A stretch of DNA of 63,754 nucleotides, the filler included, from Candidatus Omnitrophota bacterium (GTDB taxonomy: Bacteria; Omnitrophota; Gorgyraeia; JAGLLT01): assembly GCA_023140385.1 (NCBI GenBank). It is 8 parts of 8 records of this genome, joined end to end, with 100 filler letters (N's around TTAATTAATTAA, not from the genome) between each part and the next. Parts side by side here need not be neighbours in the genome. Positions count along the whole stretch, not along the records: positions 14,703 to 25,252 come from JAGLLT010000010.1; positions 25,353 to 51,592 come from JAGLLT010000011.1; 6 more parts are not named here. One strand, written 5' to 3'. Below are positions 20,101-28,931 of this stretch, piece by piece. The notes under the pieces are model-generated. The model searched no databases. It had not been told where the DNA came from and saw only the letters and a list, made by a program, of their open reading frames with translations. Each line of letters starts with the position of its first letter. Position 1 is the first letter of the stretch. The position numbers were made by a program, and so were the translations under genes.

Positions 20101-22443
20101 AGTTTTTTTATATTGTACTTCCCAGCAATCCTCAGGCAGAATATCCTTCGCTAACGCGAAATATTCGCGTGCTGATTCCGTCGCCAATGAATTGAGAGCT
20201 TTGTTGCCGGCACAATAATTTAAATTCGACAATTTATACATAGTGCTTTTATCTAAGTTCTTCTGCTTGCCCAGATTAAGATGCGCAACTATTGGAAAAA
20301 TATTATCGAGTTTTTCTAAATCCACATTATCACCAATGCCCGAAAGAAGATGTATTCCGATGTTCCAATGAATCACGGCTCTTTTTTTAGGAGTTATGGC
20401 ATTTAAAACCGCCTCTTGGACGCGGTCATGTACAAATTGGAAGTTGTCTTTATTTTCCATTAGCAGTCCGCGCGCTAAAGCCAATTTTAGGGTTTGAAAT
20501 ATCTCGAACAATGTTAATTCCTTCGCCATAGATAACTCTAATGGAGAAAATACATTCCCCATGCACGCGCAATACTCAAGCGTATCAATTGTTACTGCCG
20601 GTAACTTTTTAACTTTCGAGCTAAACATGGCTACAACCGTTGAAGGCATATTTGACTGCCTAATCTTTTCAAGATTCCACTTCCAATGCAAGTTATCATC
20701 TAGAAAAAGTAAATTCTCATTATGTAAATATGACAATATCTCGCTTACAAACAGCGGATTTCCTTCAGAAAGGTCTGTAATAAACACGGATAATTCTTGT
20801 GTTTGAAAAGGTGGAGAATCAAGAATATAGGAAACCATTTCATGACAATATTGCGCCTCTAAAGCCGTTAAGCGTATTTCTTCTAAAGGCTGCTTATTCT
20901 CTTTGATGTTTTCTCTTAATTTTGACAAATGGTGGCTGGAATCAACCTCATTATGGCGATAAGCGCCTATAAAAAGAATGTATTTGTATTCTTCATAGTT
21001 ATTAAAAAAGTACTCAAAAAAATCAAAAGTGGCGCTATCGCACCATTGCAGGTCATCAATAAATATTATCAGAGAATTTTCTTCGCTGGCCAAGGTTTTT
21101 AAGAATTTAGCTAATAAATCATTAAAACGGTTTTTTGCTTCAACCGGCGGAAGCGCTTTAACCTCCGGCTGAGGGCCAAGTAATATTTCAAGCTCAGGAA
21201 CTACGTCGGTGATAATTCTGCCCTTATTATCTAATGTTTTTAATATTTTTTTCTTCCATAAGTCTATTCGCTCATCACTTTCGGTTAAAAATATCCTTAT
21301 TAAATTGCATAAACTTTGAATTAAGGCGCTGTAAGGAATATTTTTTTGATAAAAATCATATTTTCCGGACGTAAAATATCCTCGATGTTTGACTATTTCG
21401 CCCTGCAGTTCTTGAATCAACCGGGTTTTTCCAATTCCCGGAAGCCCTGAAATAAATATTGAGCGGAAAGCACCCTCGCTTGTTTCCTTAAATTTATCTA
21501 AAACTATTTTCGATTCAGCCTCCCGTCCGACAATTTTTGATATGAATGTAATTCGTTGGCTGTAATCATATCTGCCTAACGCAAAGTCAGAAACAGCACC
21601 CTTCAGCGCGTGTTCATCACCGCATTTTTTAAGATCAGTAAGCAAGCCGCTGGCACTCTTGTAACGTTTTTCAGGCTGTTTATTGATCATCTTCAATATG
21701 ACTTTAGATAACATCTGCGGAATTTTTGGGTTCAAGTCATTTATAGCGGCCGGTTCCTGCGCTAAATGGAAATGGATGAGCTCTAAAGGATCAAAAGAAA
21801 AAAATGGAAGCCCTTCGCTTAATAATTCATAAAAAACGATACCCAATGAATATATATCTGTTGAAAGATCAACGCGATGATTTATTCTTCCAGTTTGTTC
21901 CAGGGAAGTATATGCCAATGTATTGCGAACAAAAGTGCGATCATAAATAAAATGACTCACATCCCGCACATCTAAAAATGTTATAAAATCAACCAGGCAT
22001 ATATTTAAAGTATTCGGATTAATCAATATATTATTTGGCTTTATGCCTCCGTGAATAATTCCAGCCGCGTGTATTTCAATAAGTGCTTCAGCTAATTTAT
22101 AACTGATGGAATAAAAATCATTCAAAGAAAGTTTATTCTGATTTTTATACCATTGATTAAGCGTAATTCCTTCAAAATAAGTATATGTTATAAAAACAGT
22201 ATCGCCTGTTGTTTTAAATGTCGCCGGGCAGGAAAATCGCGGGTCATTTAGAATCTTAAGTTGTTCAATTTTTTGCAATATGTGATTTTTTTGGTAATTT
22301 GAGACATGTTGGGTTTTTAGGATTTTTAAAAACAGGGGTTTGTTTGGTTCTTTTTTATGAGTGACTTTATAAACTATCGCTGAAAAACCTTCTCCAAGCT
22401 TTTTAATGATTTTATAATTGGGGATTGCGCTGTATTGCTGCAT
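17155..22443 (-). CDS. Multidomain Ser/Thr-kinase-like + AAA ATPase + GAF + histidine kinase sensor
   Basis: N-terminal kinase fold; Walker A GLPGIGKT and Walker B IFIDDLQW; GAF LRSVLCLPV; HisKA SHEIRNPL; HATPase DTGEGI and GFGLAIC. Confidence 0.92.
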   Translation of the reverse strand: MQQYSAIPNYKIIKKLGEGFSAIVYKVTHKKEPNKPLFLKILKTQHVSNYQKNHILQKIEQLKILNDPRFSCPATFKTTGDTVFITYTYFEGITLNQWYKNQNKLSLNDFYSISYKLAEALIEIHAAGIIHGGIKPNNILINPNTLNICLVDFITFLDVRDVSHFIYDRTFVRNTLAYTSLEQTGRINHRVDLSTDIYSLGIVFYELLSEGLPFFSFDPLELIHFHLAQEPAAINDLNPKIPQMLSKVILKMINKQPEKRYKSASGLLTDLKKCGDEHALKGAVSDFALGRYDYSQRITFISKIVGREAESKIVLDKFKETSEGAFRSIFISGLPGIGKTRLIQELQGEIVKHRGYFTSGKYDFYQKNIPYSALIQSLCNLIRIFLTESDERIDLWKKKILKTLDNKGRIITDVVPELEILLGPQPEVKALPPVEAKNRFNDLLAKFLKTLASEENSLIIFIDDLQWCDSATFDFFEYFFNNYEEYKYILFIGAYRHNEVDSSHHLSKLRENIKENKQPLEEIRLTALEAQYCHEMVSYILDSPPFQTQELSVFITDLSEGNPLFVSEILSYLHNENLLFLDDNLHWKWNLEKIRQSNMPSTVVAMFSSKVKKLPAVTIDTLEYCACMGNVFSPLELSMAKELTLFEIFQTLKLALARGLLMENKDNFQFVHDRVQEAVLNAITPKKRAVIHWNIGIHLLSGIGDNVDLEKLDNIFPIVAHLNLGKQKNLDKSTMYKLSNLNYCAGNKALNSLATESAREYFALAKDILPEDCWEVQYKKTFKIYQRLSKTELMYGNYTESEKLLNKLLDAAKTDLDKAECLAEQTASLSSIGNFIKAIETANRGLNYFNKAIPDDPVLAERKREQLTKDIESKNITVWETIFNMPFTKERKSKIELAFYSELIPDLYMSGLVPQLYLSAVQSTQHCLQGGMDESVIYSFTIMALYLGEKGDFERAFKYEDLAKNLCEKYPNTFGATRGMNGIVWCNMHSRSRPDEIVNYSLKSIACGKNSGDLYNAGLSYGPLMWNLQVQGENFTKIEEYANECLDLSNKYHLYFSVRLAEAMKAGWIEPMKKNYEQVDIDDQIKLWEKDNHIASAGSYYVLRGIVEYYFGNYLRAEYYLSRVNDFLSGLTDNVLKRQWYIFVALNTIRLYKNKIGDKGLDKQQVLSSVNELIKKIENWACLGPLLRPYLVFLYAERASLEENVREIRALYFDAMGLAHKYHYTFLEGFINEIIGESVEENPEIGGRCKEYATCNKKKQDCKRWWTCSKEDLYENSENTRESYAGLFFREALRLYKKCRAERKEALLIEKYANYFEQEKLLYPAQAASESVFALPNIDINYLIKSCLVIPAETEENTLLCSIMNGVLETSGAQNGYLIVEENQELRVRVQGHIQDKNKALIVNKKVEGTKDICLAIVRYVQRTKKIVLLENASEKGKFKDNIEVQNMKLRSVLCLPVVKQKKLIGILYMENRLAEAVFTEERTEMTKLFTYQAAISWENARLIEKMKKTEADLKHHKEHLEETIEARTLQLRKAREELVMAERLATLGRLSGSLSHEIRNPLNVISTSAYYLKSKLGNCDENIKKHVKQIEDEVKNSTIIMESLLSLSGIKELCREKLILVDILKKALTFLELPKPIKIVQNISLNSDVVVRGDEKQVSMVFHNIIKNAVDAMSGDGILTIDLYQEGRDKVKIAFTDTGEGISPENIKNVFDALFTTKLHGFGFGLAICKMIIENHDGIIVARSSRDNGATFEITLPVSVQ

Positions 22444-22713
22444 TTTTGTATAAAATCCTGATTTTTTTTGGTCATAAATTAAATTGACGTTAGAATATAG
22501 AGCTTGTACATAGTATACTCCAAATTAGAACACATATCAAGCGTGGACATGAAAAAGTGTTTATCGTTTTAGTTGTCGTTTGGCATAATTTTAGCATAAT
22601 AAGATTATAATACCTAACCCAAATATAGAATAACACATACAACACTTACGGGAATAGATGATATTAAACAGAAAAATATCAGGCAAGGGAATGGGGGGGG
22701 CGAAACTCCTCAT

Positions 22714-23014
22714 TTATACTTGTATAATACTCGCGATATGAGTCCAGATGAAATATAGGCCTACTATTATGAATATGATGCCGGTTATTTTTCTCGTATA
22801 CTTTTCAAGCGCTGTCACTTTGTTAAACCAATGTGACAGCGAAGAAAACCCAAGAGCTATTCCAAAGGAAAAGGCCAATACGGGCAAGCCGGTACCTTCC
22901 ATGAAAGTAATAAGCGATAAGTTGAACACGTTCGTCTTGTGTGTTTTTGCCGGCGATAGCAATCTGCGAAAAAGCTATGAACGTAAGTAAAACTATTATT
23001 ATTTTTTTAACCAT
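22714..23014 (-). pseudogene. Deletion-fused remnant: N-terminus of an ArsF-like secreted thioredoxin-fold protein joined out of frame to the C-terminus of an ArsG/CcdA-like membrane protein
   Basis: One frame gives a signal peptide plus YYFHGRYR, which breaks off before the expected CxxC. Another frame resumes at GTGLPVL...EKYTRKITGIIFIIVGLYF. The junction is at CCGGTACC (22889-22896). Confidence 0.7.
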
Positions 23015-23232
23015 TTTTTGATCTCCTCAGATGAAGATACTTCGCCTGAAGCCTTTGCTTCACCATTTATAACCAAAGCGGGGGTTAGCATAACGCCATA
23101 GCTGATTATCGTATCCATGTCTTCAACTTTAATAACTTCCGCGTCTATGCCAACTTCTTTAACAGCCGCCTGAACATTTTCATAGAGTATTTTGCATTTA
23201 GGGCAGCCCATTCCAAGAATTTCAATCTTCAT
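22999..23232 (-). CDS. Small redox-active disulfide protein (MTH895/ArsE thioredoxin-like)
   Basis: MKIEILGMGCPKC and YGVMLTPALVING. Confidence 0.9.
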   Translation of the reverse strand: MKIEILGMGCPKCKILYENVQAAVKEVGIDAEVIKVEDMDTIISYGVMLTPALVINGEAKASGEVSSSEEIKKWLKK

Positions 23233-24425
23233 TTTACACCTCCCATTATCGCGCCGAAGATAATTCCGCTGATTGTCGCCATAACAACGACAAGACTTAC
23301 GTATACAACCGTTTTTTTTGTGCCGATAACGCCGCGAATAACCAACATATTTGGTAAACTAAGCGCGGGCCCGGCTAAGAGTAAGGCAAGGGCGGGGCCT
23401 TTTCCCATTCCCGCGCCAATCAACCCCTGCAAAATGGGAACTTCTGTTAGTGTGGCAAAATACATAAAGGCTCCCGCAATCGCGGCAAAAAAGTTTGATA
23501 ATAAAGAGTTGCCGCTTACGGCTTTTTCGATAATCCATGAAGGAATAAAGCCTTCGTTGCCCGGCCGGCCTAAAAGCAGTCCGGCTACTATTATTCCCGC
23601 GAGAAGCAGGGGCATTATCTGTTTAGCAAATGTCCATGAAGCGGATACCCAGCTGGTTACTTCGTTTTTCTTAAACCAGCTGGCAAGCGCAATGCCCGTT
23701 AGAGCAAGAAAGCCGAATGAAAGATACCATTTGATGGAATAAATAAAGGCCCATATCCCCGCGTTTCCTTCAGGTTTTACCCAGTTAGCAAATATCAAGA
23801 AGCCAAGCATAGAAGCAAAATAGAAAGCGTTTTTCCAAAGAGGCCGCGTCTCTTTTTCTTCTCCGGACTGAAAAGCGCCATTGGCATGCCGGGCCCTTTC
23901 CTCCTTCAGGAAGATAAGATGCATTAAAAGCCCGACTATAATACTGAAAAACACGGCTCCTATCGCGCGCGCGAGGCCAAGTTCCCATCCCAGTATTCGG
24001 GCGGTCATTATTATAGCTAATACGTTTATTGCCGGGCCCGAATAAAGAAATGCCGTAGCGGGCCCCAGGCCGGCGCCTCTTTTGTATATGCCGGAAAATA
24101 AAGGAAGAATGGTACAGGAACAAACTGCTAGTATGGTTCCCGATATAGAGGCAACGCCATAGGCAAGAATTTTATTTGTTTTTGCCCCAAAATACTTGAT
24201 TACTGATGCCTGACTTACAAATACTGAAATAGCCCCGGCTATAAAAAACGCGGGAACAAGGCAAAGCAGTACATGTTCTCTCGCGTACCAGCGGACCAAT
24301 GCCAAAGATTCAAACACAGGATTTCTGAAAGGCAATAGCCCGACAGGCAGGTAAAAGCATATCAAAAACACTGCCGTCATTAGCAAAAATTTTATCCTTT
24401 GACTGCTTCGCTTTTTCTCTTTCAT
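23229..24425 (-). CDS. ArsP/DUF318 family permease
   Basis: EHVLLCLVPAFFIAGAI, AVCSCTILP, FLYSGPAIN and MYFATLTEVPI; start probably ATG 24425 (overlapping the upstream stop) rather than 24455. Confidence 0.88.
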   Translation of the reverse strand: MKEKKRSSQRIKFLLMTAVFLICFYLPVGLLPFRNPVFESLALVRWYAREHVLLCLVPAFFIAGAISVFVSQASVIKYFGAKTNKILAYGVASISGTILAVCSCTILPLFSGIYKRGAGLGPATAFLYSGPAINVLAIIMTARILGWELGLARAIGAVFFSIIVGLLMHLIFLKEERARHANGAFQSGEEKETRPLWKNAFYFASMLGFLIFANWVKPEGNAGIWAFIYSIKWYLSFGFLALTGIALASWFKKNEVTSWVSASWTFAKQIMPLLLAGIIVAGLLLGRPGNEGFIPSWIIEKAVSGNSLLSNFFAAIAGAFMYFATLTEVPILQGLIGAGMGKGPALALLLAGPALSLPNMLVIRGVIGTKKTVVYVSLVVVMATISGIIFGAIMGGVK

Positions 24426-24736
24426 TTTTTGCCCTTCTCTATGATTTTGCAGCATCCGCCGCCTATCCTTATTGCTTTAATGTTTACTAACGCGTCAGCT
24501 ATCTTTTTGCGGGCTGATTCTAAGATGCGGGATATGGTTGAACGATGCACTTTCATCTTTTCGGCAATCTTTTCCTGATCCAATCCCTCCAAATCGGCCA
24601 GCCTTATAGCTTCAAATTCATCAATCGTCATATGTACGCCTTCCAGCTTACTTAAAGGTTTACACTGCGGCCTGAAACAGCGTTCTCCCGGCTCACACTT
24701 TATCCACCTGGTCTTTTTGGGCCTCATACCATTCAT
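24422..24736 (-). CDS. DUF134 family HTH DNA-binding protein
   Basis: RPKKTRWI and DEFEAIRLADLEGLDQEKIAEKMKVHRSTISRILESARKKIADALV. Confidence 0.88.
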   Translation of the reverse strand: MNGMRPKKTRWIKCEPGERCFRPQCKPLSKLEGVHMTIDEFEAIRLADLEGLDQEKIAEKMKVHRSTISRILESARKKIADALVNIKAIRIGGGCCKIIEKGKK

Positions 24737-24746
24737 TCTCCTTTAG

Positions 24747-24791
24747 TAATGCACATATGTGCATTATATAGGTACACAAAATAGTTGTCAA
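24747..24791 (-). promoter_or_regulatory. Sigma70 promoter (TTGACA-17-TATAAT) with 20-bp perfect palindromic operator TAATGCACATATGTGCATTA
   Basis: -35 at 24786-24791, -10 at 24763-24768, palindrome 24747-24766. Confidence 0.8.
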
Positions 24792-24840
24792 GAGATTTTT
24801 TTATATTTTATATAATAATGTAGTAAAGTAAATCTATTTT

Positions 24841-24864
24841 TGTTGAATGTTGAGACCTGACCCT
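24841..24864 (-). repeat. 24-bp REP-like element, inverted copy
   Basis: Exact reverse complement of 11266-11289; partial second core CCTGACCCT at 24872-24880. Confidence 0.75.
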
Positions 24865-25055
24865 CTTGATGCCTGACCCTTGCCGAAAATGCGCTTTTTT
24901 GTTAAAAATTCTTTTTCTTGCAACCGTGGATAATATTGGGTATAATTATATGTACGGCTTGTTTTACTCCTAAGAGAAGGATCGCGTAAGCATCAATTCT
25001 CTAACTGGAGTGAAATTAGTTCATATAGCCAATTTTAAAATAAGGGAAGGCTGTA

Positions 25056-25252
25056 ATGAATAAAATGCAGAAAAAGGTGTTGTTGGTTGATGATGAACCT
25101 GACTATTTGAAAATAATTAAGAGGCGGCTGGAAGCGAATAACTACCAAGTAACCACGGCCACTAACGGAAGAGAGTCTATAGAGCAGGCCAAAAAGGTCC
25201 TTCCAGATATTATTATTATGGATATTATGATGCCTGAATTAGATGGGATTGC
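25056..25252 (+). CDS. Response regulator receiver, N-terminal part (cut by contig break)
   Basis: VLLVDDEPD and IIIMDIMMPELDG; a plausible C-terminal end (IRKASEMEGLVKKIEEVLSK*) lies at 25353-25415 on the next contig. Confidence 0.85.
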
Positions 25253-25411
25253 NNNNNNNNNNNNNNNNNNNNNNNNNNNNNNNNNNNNNNNNNNNNTTAA
25301 TTAATTAANNNNNNNNNNNNNNNNNNNNNNNNNNNNNNNNNNNNNNNNNNNNATCAGAAAAGCCTCCGAAATGGAAGGTTTAGTAAAGAAGATAGAAGAG
25401 GTCTTAAGCAA

Positions 25412-26191
25412 ATGAGCGCAGATGAGCATTTTATAAGTATGTCTGAAGAGAACGCGCGGGAGATTGAAGCTGCCTATGATGGCCTTCTGGAGTCGTTAAA
25501 AAGCGCTTTAATCAAGACTGACACAGGGGCTATAGTCGAAAGCGTTGGTCAGTCAATAGATTTTATTATTAAAAACCTATCTTCTGAAGATGGCTCTCTT
25601 TTGCTTTATATCAGCAAAGTTTTTGATAAAGATTACATTTTTGCTCATTCTTTGAATGTTTGTCTTATATCTGTGAAAATAGGGTTAAAGCTAAATTTTG
25701 ATAAAGAGCGTCTTAGGAATTTAGGATTTTTGGCTTTAACTCATGCCGGTAAAGATATTAGATTGCCTGACAAGTTGCTGAAAGACAGAAAACATGACAA
25801 AGAAATGGCTGAGATAGTAAGATTGGCAGATGTTTATGATGCCCTGACTCACCCACCCAACTACAGGCACGCAACAACGCCCGCTGACACCTTAGCATCT
25901 GTTGTTAGCAGTGATGGGCTTTTTGACCGCAACCTCATAGAAATTCTTTTAAAAGAACTCACTCTTTATCCTAAGGAAAGCTGGGTACAGCTTTCTACTA
26001 AGGAAATAGGTAAGGTGGTTAAGGTTAACAAGGAAACGCTCCTGCGGCCTATGCTTAAAGTTTTTTTCGATTGGAACGGTAATCTTATGAAAGAACCAAA
26101 AGAGGTAGACCTTTCCAGAAGCAACGCAATCTATGTTTTAAGGTCTTTAACCGAGGAGGAGATAAAAATATATACCGCAAGGCGCGATTGA
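25412..26191 (+). CDS. Degenerate HD-GYP-like protein
   Basis: HSLNV, IVRLADVYDALT and the typical C-terminal YP...VQLSTKEIGKV..VN..LLRP are present; the HD dyad and HHE/GYP segment are missing. Confidence 0.75.
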   Translation: MSADEHFISMSEENAREIEAAYDGLLESLKSALIKTDTGAIVESVGQSIDFIIKNLSSEDGSLLLYISKVFDKDYIFAHSLNVCLISVKIGLKLNFDKERLRNLGFLALTHAGKDIRLPDKLLKDRKHDKEMAEIVRLADVYDALTHPPNYRHATTPADTLASVVSSDGLFDRNLIEILLKELTLYPKESWVQLSTKEIGKVVKVNKETLLRPMLKVFFDWNGNLMKEPKEVDLSRSNAIYVLRSLTEEEIKIYTARRD

Positions 26192-26483
26192 ATGACCGAA
26201 GGGGAGGTGTTATTAGCAATATGCCTACGTAAAATCCCCCTTGATACTGAAAACGCGGGGGATTTTTACTTGTTGTCAGAGTAAAAATAAATATTCGCGG
26301 GAAAAGGGCCGCCGGCCCCTTTTAATAATTTAGTTGACAAACAGGGAAAATTAGAGGATACTATATTCAGTAGTAAATGAGGGAGTTGAAGTTTTAGACC
26401 ATAAAGGAAAAGAAGATTTGCCTTTTGTTTTTTGTTTCTGCCGTTATTTACTAAAATTTTGGAAGAAGGAGGTGTAGTAAATA

Positions 26484-26687
26484 ATGGCAACAGGAAAAGT
26501 TAAATGGTTCAGTGACCAAAAGGGTTATGGCTTTATAACTCCGGATGATGGAAGCAAAGATTGTTTTGTTCACCACAGTGTAATTCAGGGTGAAGGCTTC
26601 AAGAGTTTGAGTGAAGGCCAGGCAGTTGAATTTGAAGTTGAAGACGGCCCTAAAGGTCCACAAGCCACAAAAGTAACAAAGATATAA
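26484..26687 (+). CDS. cspA: Cold-shock protein
   Basis: [15 protein letters not shown] and CFVHHS RNP motifs; long 5' UTR after TTGACA at 26334. Confidence 0.95.
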   Translation: MATGKVKWFSDQKGYGFITPDDGSKDCFVHHSVIQGEGFKSLSEGQAVEFEVEDGPKGPQATKVTKI

Positions 26688-26749
26688 TCTGAAAACAGAT
26701 AAAGCCCGGTGAGTTATTGCCGGGCTTTGTTTTCTTAGGGAGACGTGCT

Positions 26750-26959
26750 ATGCATAAAGGAAAAATAAATAAACTGGTTCGTGATAGAGGTTTTGGCTTT
26801 ATTGATGATACAGACGGCAGGCAGGTATTTTTCCACGAGAGTAGTCTTGTGGGTGTTGGATTTGATGCTTTGAGCGGAGAGGAAGAAGTTGAGTTTGAAG
26901 TTGAAAATTCTCCCAAAGGGCCGCGCGCGATTAGTGTGAATATTGTAAAGCAGCAGTAA
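26750..26959 (+). CDS. Cold-shock domain protein (second copy)
   Basis: RGFGFI, VFFH and KGPRA; ATG at 26750 after GGGAG. Confidence 0.9.
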   Translation: MHKGKINKLVRDRGFGFIDDTDGRQVFFHESSLVGVGFDALSGEEEVEFEVENSPKGPRAISVNIVKQQ

Positions 26960-26988
26960 AAGTTAATTTTTTATAAGGGTTTTTAACA

Positions 26989-27138
26989 TCTTCCGCATAT
27001 GGCCGGTCGTTCTGTGGAATTCGTAGAGTTCTCAGGACTAAGTCTCTGAAACTGTGGTGCAGTTTCAGAGGGCGAATCTTGCCCAATGCGGGGGAGCCAA
27101 TAAAGGGTCTGCCCATTAATTTGGGTGGATTTTTTTTG
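26989..27138 (+). ncRNA. Candidate structured RNA ending in GCCA, followed by a terminator
   Basis: 10-bp closing stem TCTTCCGCAT/ATGCGGGGGA; internal 11-bp hairpin CTCTGAAACTG/CAGTTTCAGAG; terminator at about 27106-27138. Confidence 0.35.
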
Positions 27139-27266
27139 ATTTTAAGAAAAAAAGCCGTTGTTTCCTTTTATATATGATATGCTTTAATTAACTTTTAAAG
27201 GAGATCTCATGATGGTTTGCAAGAATAACTGACTCCTCATTTTCTATTTAAGAGCAAGGTGTGTTA

Positions 27267-28802
27267 ATGGGATATATAGAAATTTTATTAGAGCTGCCTA
27301 CTGATTATACGGAAGGTCAGCTTAGAGAAAAAATTGAAGAAGAGCTCAAGATAAAAGAGTTTTTATATCAGATTAAAAGAAAAAGCCTTGACGCGAGGAG
27401 AAAAACCCGCATTCATTGGCAAATTCTGGTTTCGGTTTCATCAAAGGAAATTAAGGGAGAGGCTCCCGCTGTATTCCCGCCGTTAAATATTCCTTATCGA
27501 AAAAGAACAAAAAAGGTTCTGGTTGTTGGAAGCGGCCCTGCAGGATTCTTTTCGGCGTTCGCGCTTCAAAAAGCGGGTTTTAGTACAACTTTGATAGAAA
27601 GAGGTTCGGATGTTAAGAAAAGGGCTGAGGGAATCAGGGAGTTTGAGAGAACCGGCCTGTTTAATTCTGTTAGCAATTATGCTTTTGGTGAGGGCGGCGC
27701 GGGAACATTCTCGGATGGGAAGCTTACCTCAAGATCTAAGCACATATCACAGGAAAGAGAGTTTATAATATCAAGTTATATTGATGCCGGCGCCCCCGAA
27801 GAGATAAGGTATATGGCGCATCCTCATCTTGGGAGCGACAATCTTGAGAAGCTTGTTGAAAAACTTAGAGAAAAGTTTTTAAATATTGGCGGGAAGGTGT
27901 TTTTTGAAACACTGCTGGAAGATTTAAAGATTGAAAACGGAAGAGTATCTGAAGCGGTAACAACTTCGGGTATATTCGCCGCTGATGAGTTTATTATCGC
28001 GCCGGGCCATTCCGCCTATGAGACATACCGGATGTTAATTAAAAGGGGAGTTGGTTTTTGTACAAAGAATTTTGCCATAGGCTGTAGGATAGAGCATCCT
28101 CAGGAAATTATTAACCGGGCGCAGTGGGGGCAAAAAAGCCTGCCGGGAGTGAAGGCGGCCGAATACCGCTTGACGTCAAGAGGCGGCGGCAGTTTGCCGG
28201 TGTATACATTTTGCATGTGCCCCGGCGGCCGCGTTATTTCCGCCGCGGCCTATAAGAATACAAATATAGTAAATGGGGCGAGCCTGTATAGTAGAGATGG
28301 TAAGTTCGCGAACGCGGCTTGTGTGGCGGGAGTTAATTTGGACAGGTTAAATGGCAGGCCGACATCGCCCTTAGAAGCTCTTGAGTGGCTGGGGAGCCTT
28401 GAAGAGAGTTTTTATAAATATTCGGATGGCTTTAAGTCTCCGTTTTGCGGCATCAGGAATTTCATCAATAAAAAAGAGAGTTCAGGCATTGTTGAAACAA
28501 GTTATCCTTTGGGATTGAAGCCGGCGGCTTTGTGGGAGCTGCTGCCTGTTGAAGTAAGCAAAGCGATTAGGCAGGGGCTCAAGGACTTTAGCAGAAAAAT
28601 AAAAGGATTTGAGGCGGGTATTATTATGGGGCTTGAGAGTAAGAGTTCGTCTCCCATACAGGCTCTGCGGGAAGAAAACAGGCTCTCACCCGGGTTTAAA
28701 AATCTTTATATAGCCGGAGAAGGCAGCGGCCGTGCCGGCGGTATAATATCAAGCGCCGCGGACGGCATAAGAGCCGCGATGGCTATTATAGAGAGTGATT
28801 AG
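27267..28802 (+). CDS. FAD-dependent oxidoreductase (COG2509-like)
   Basis: VVGSGPAG, FGEGGAGTFSDGKL, HPHLGSD, FCMCPGG and GEGSGRAGGIISSA. Confidence 0.85.
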   Translation: MGYIEILLELPTDYTEGQLREKIEEELKIKEFLYQIKRKSLDARRKTRIHWQILVSVSSKEIKGEAPAVFPPLNIPYRKRTKKVLVVGSGPAGFFSAFALQKAGFSTTLIERGSDVKKRAEGIREFERTGLFNSVSNYAFGEGGAGTFSDGKLTSRSKHISQEREFIISSYIDAGAPEEIRYMAHPHLGSDNLEKLVEKLREKFLNIGGKVFFETLLEDLKIENGRVSEAVTTSGIFAADEFIIAPGHSAYETYRMLIKRGVGFCTKNFAIGCRIEHPQEIINRAQWGQKSLPGVKAAEYRLTSRGGGSLPVYTFCMCPGGRVISAAAYKNTNIVNGASLYSRDGKFANAACVAGVNLDRLNGRPTSPLEALEWLGSLEESFYKYSDGFKSPFCGIRNFINKKESSGIVETSYPLGLKPAALWELLPVEVSKAIRQGLKDFSRKIKGFEAGIIMGLESKSSSPIQALREENRLSPGFKNLYIAGEGSGRAGGIISSAADGIRAAMAIIESD

Positions 28803-28931
28803 CATATAGTTTATATCAATGCTCCTTTTTCTTTGCTTCCAGCCATATTTTACTCAATTTCATACATAAGTTCTTTCTTCCGCATTGATATATTGTATTA
28901 GGTGTATAATGGTATAAAAAAGAGAAGGTAT

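Noticed and set aside
27070..27110. Possible c-di-AMP (ydaO) riboswitch from GCGAATC...GGGGGAGCCA
   Set aside because: Only the 5' motif is similar; the downstream conserved elements are absent and a terminator follows directly.
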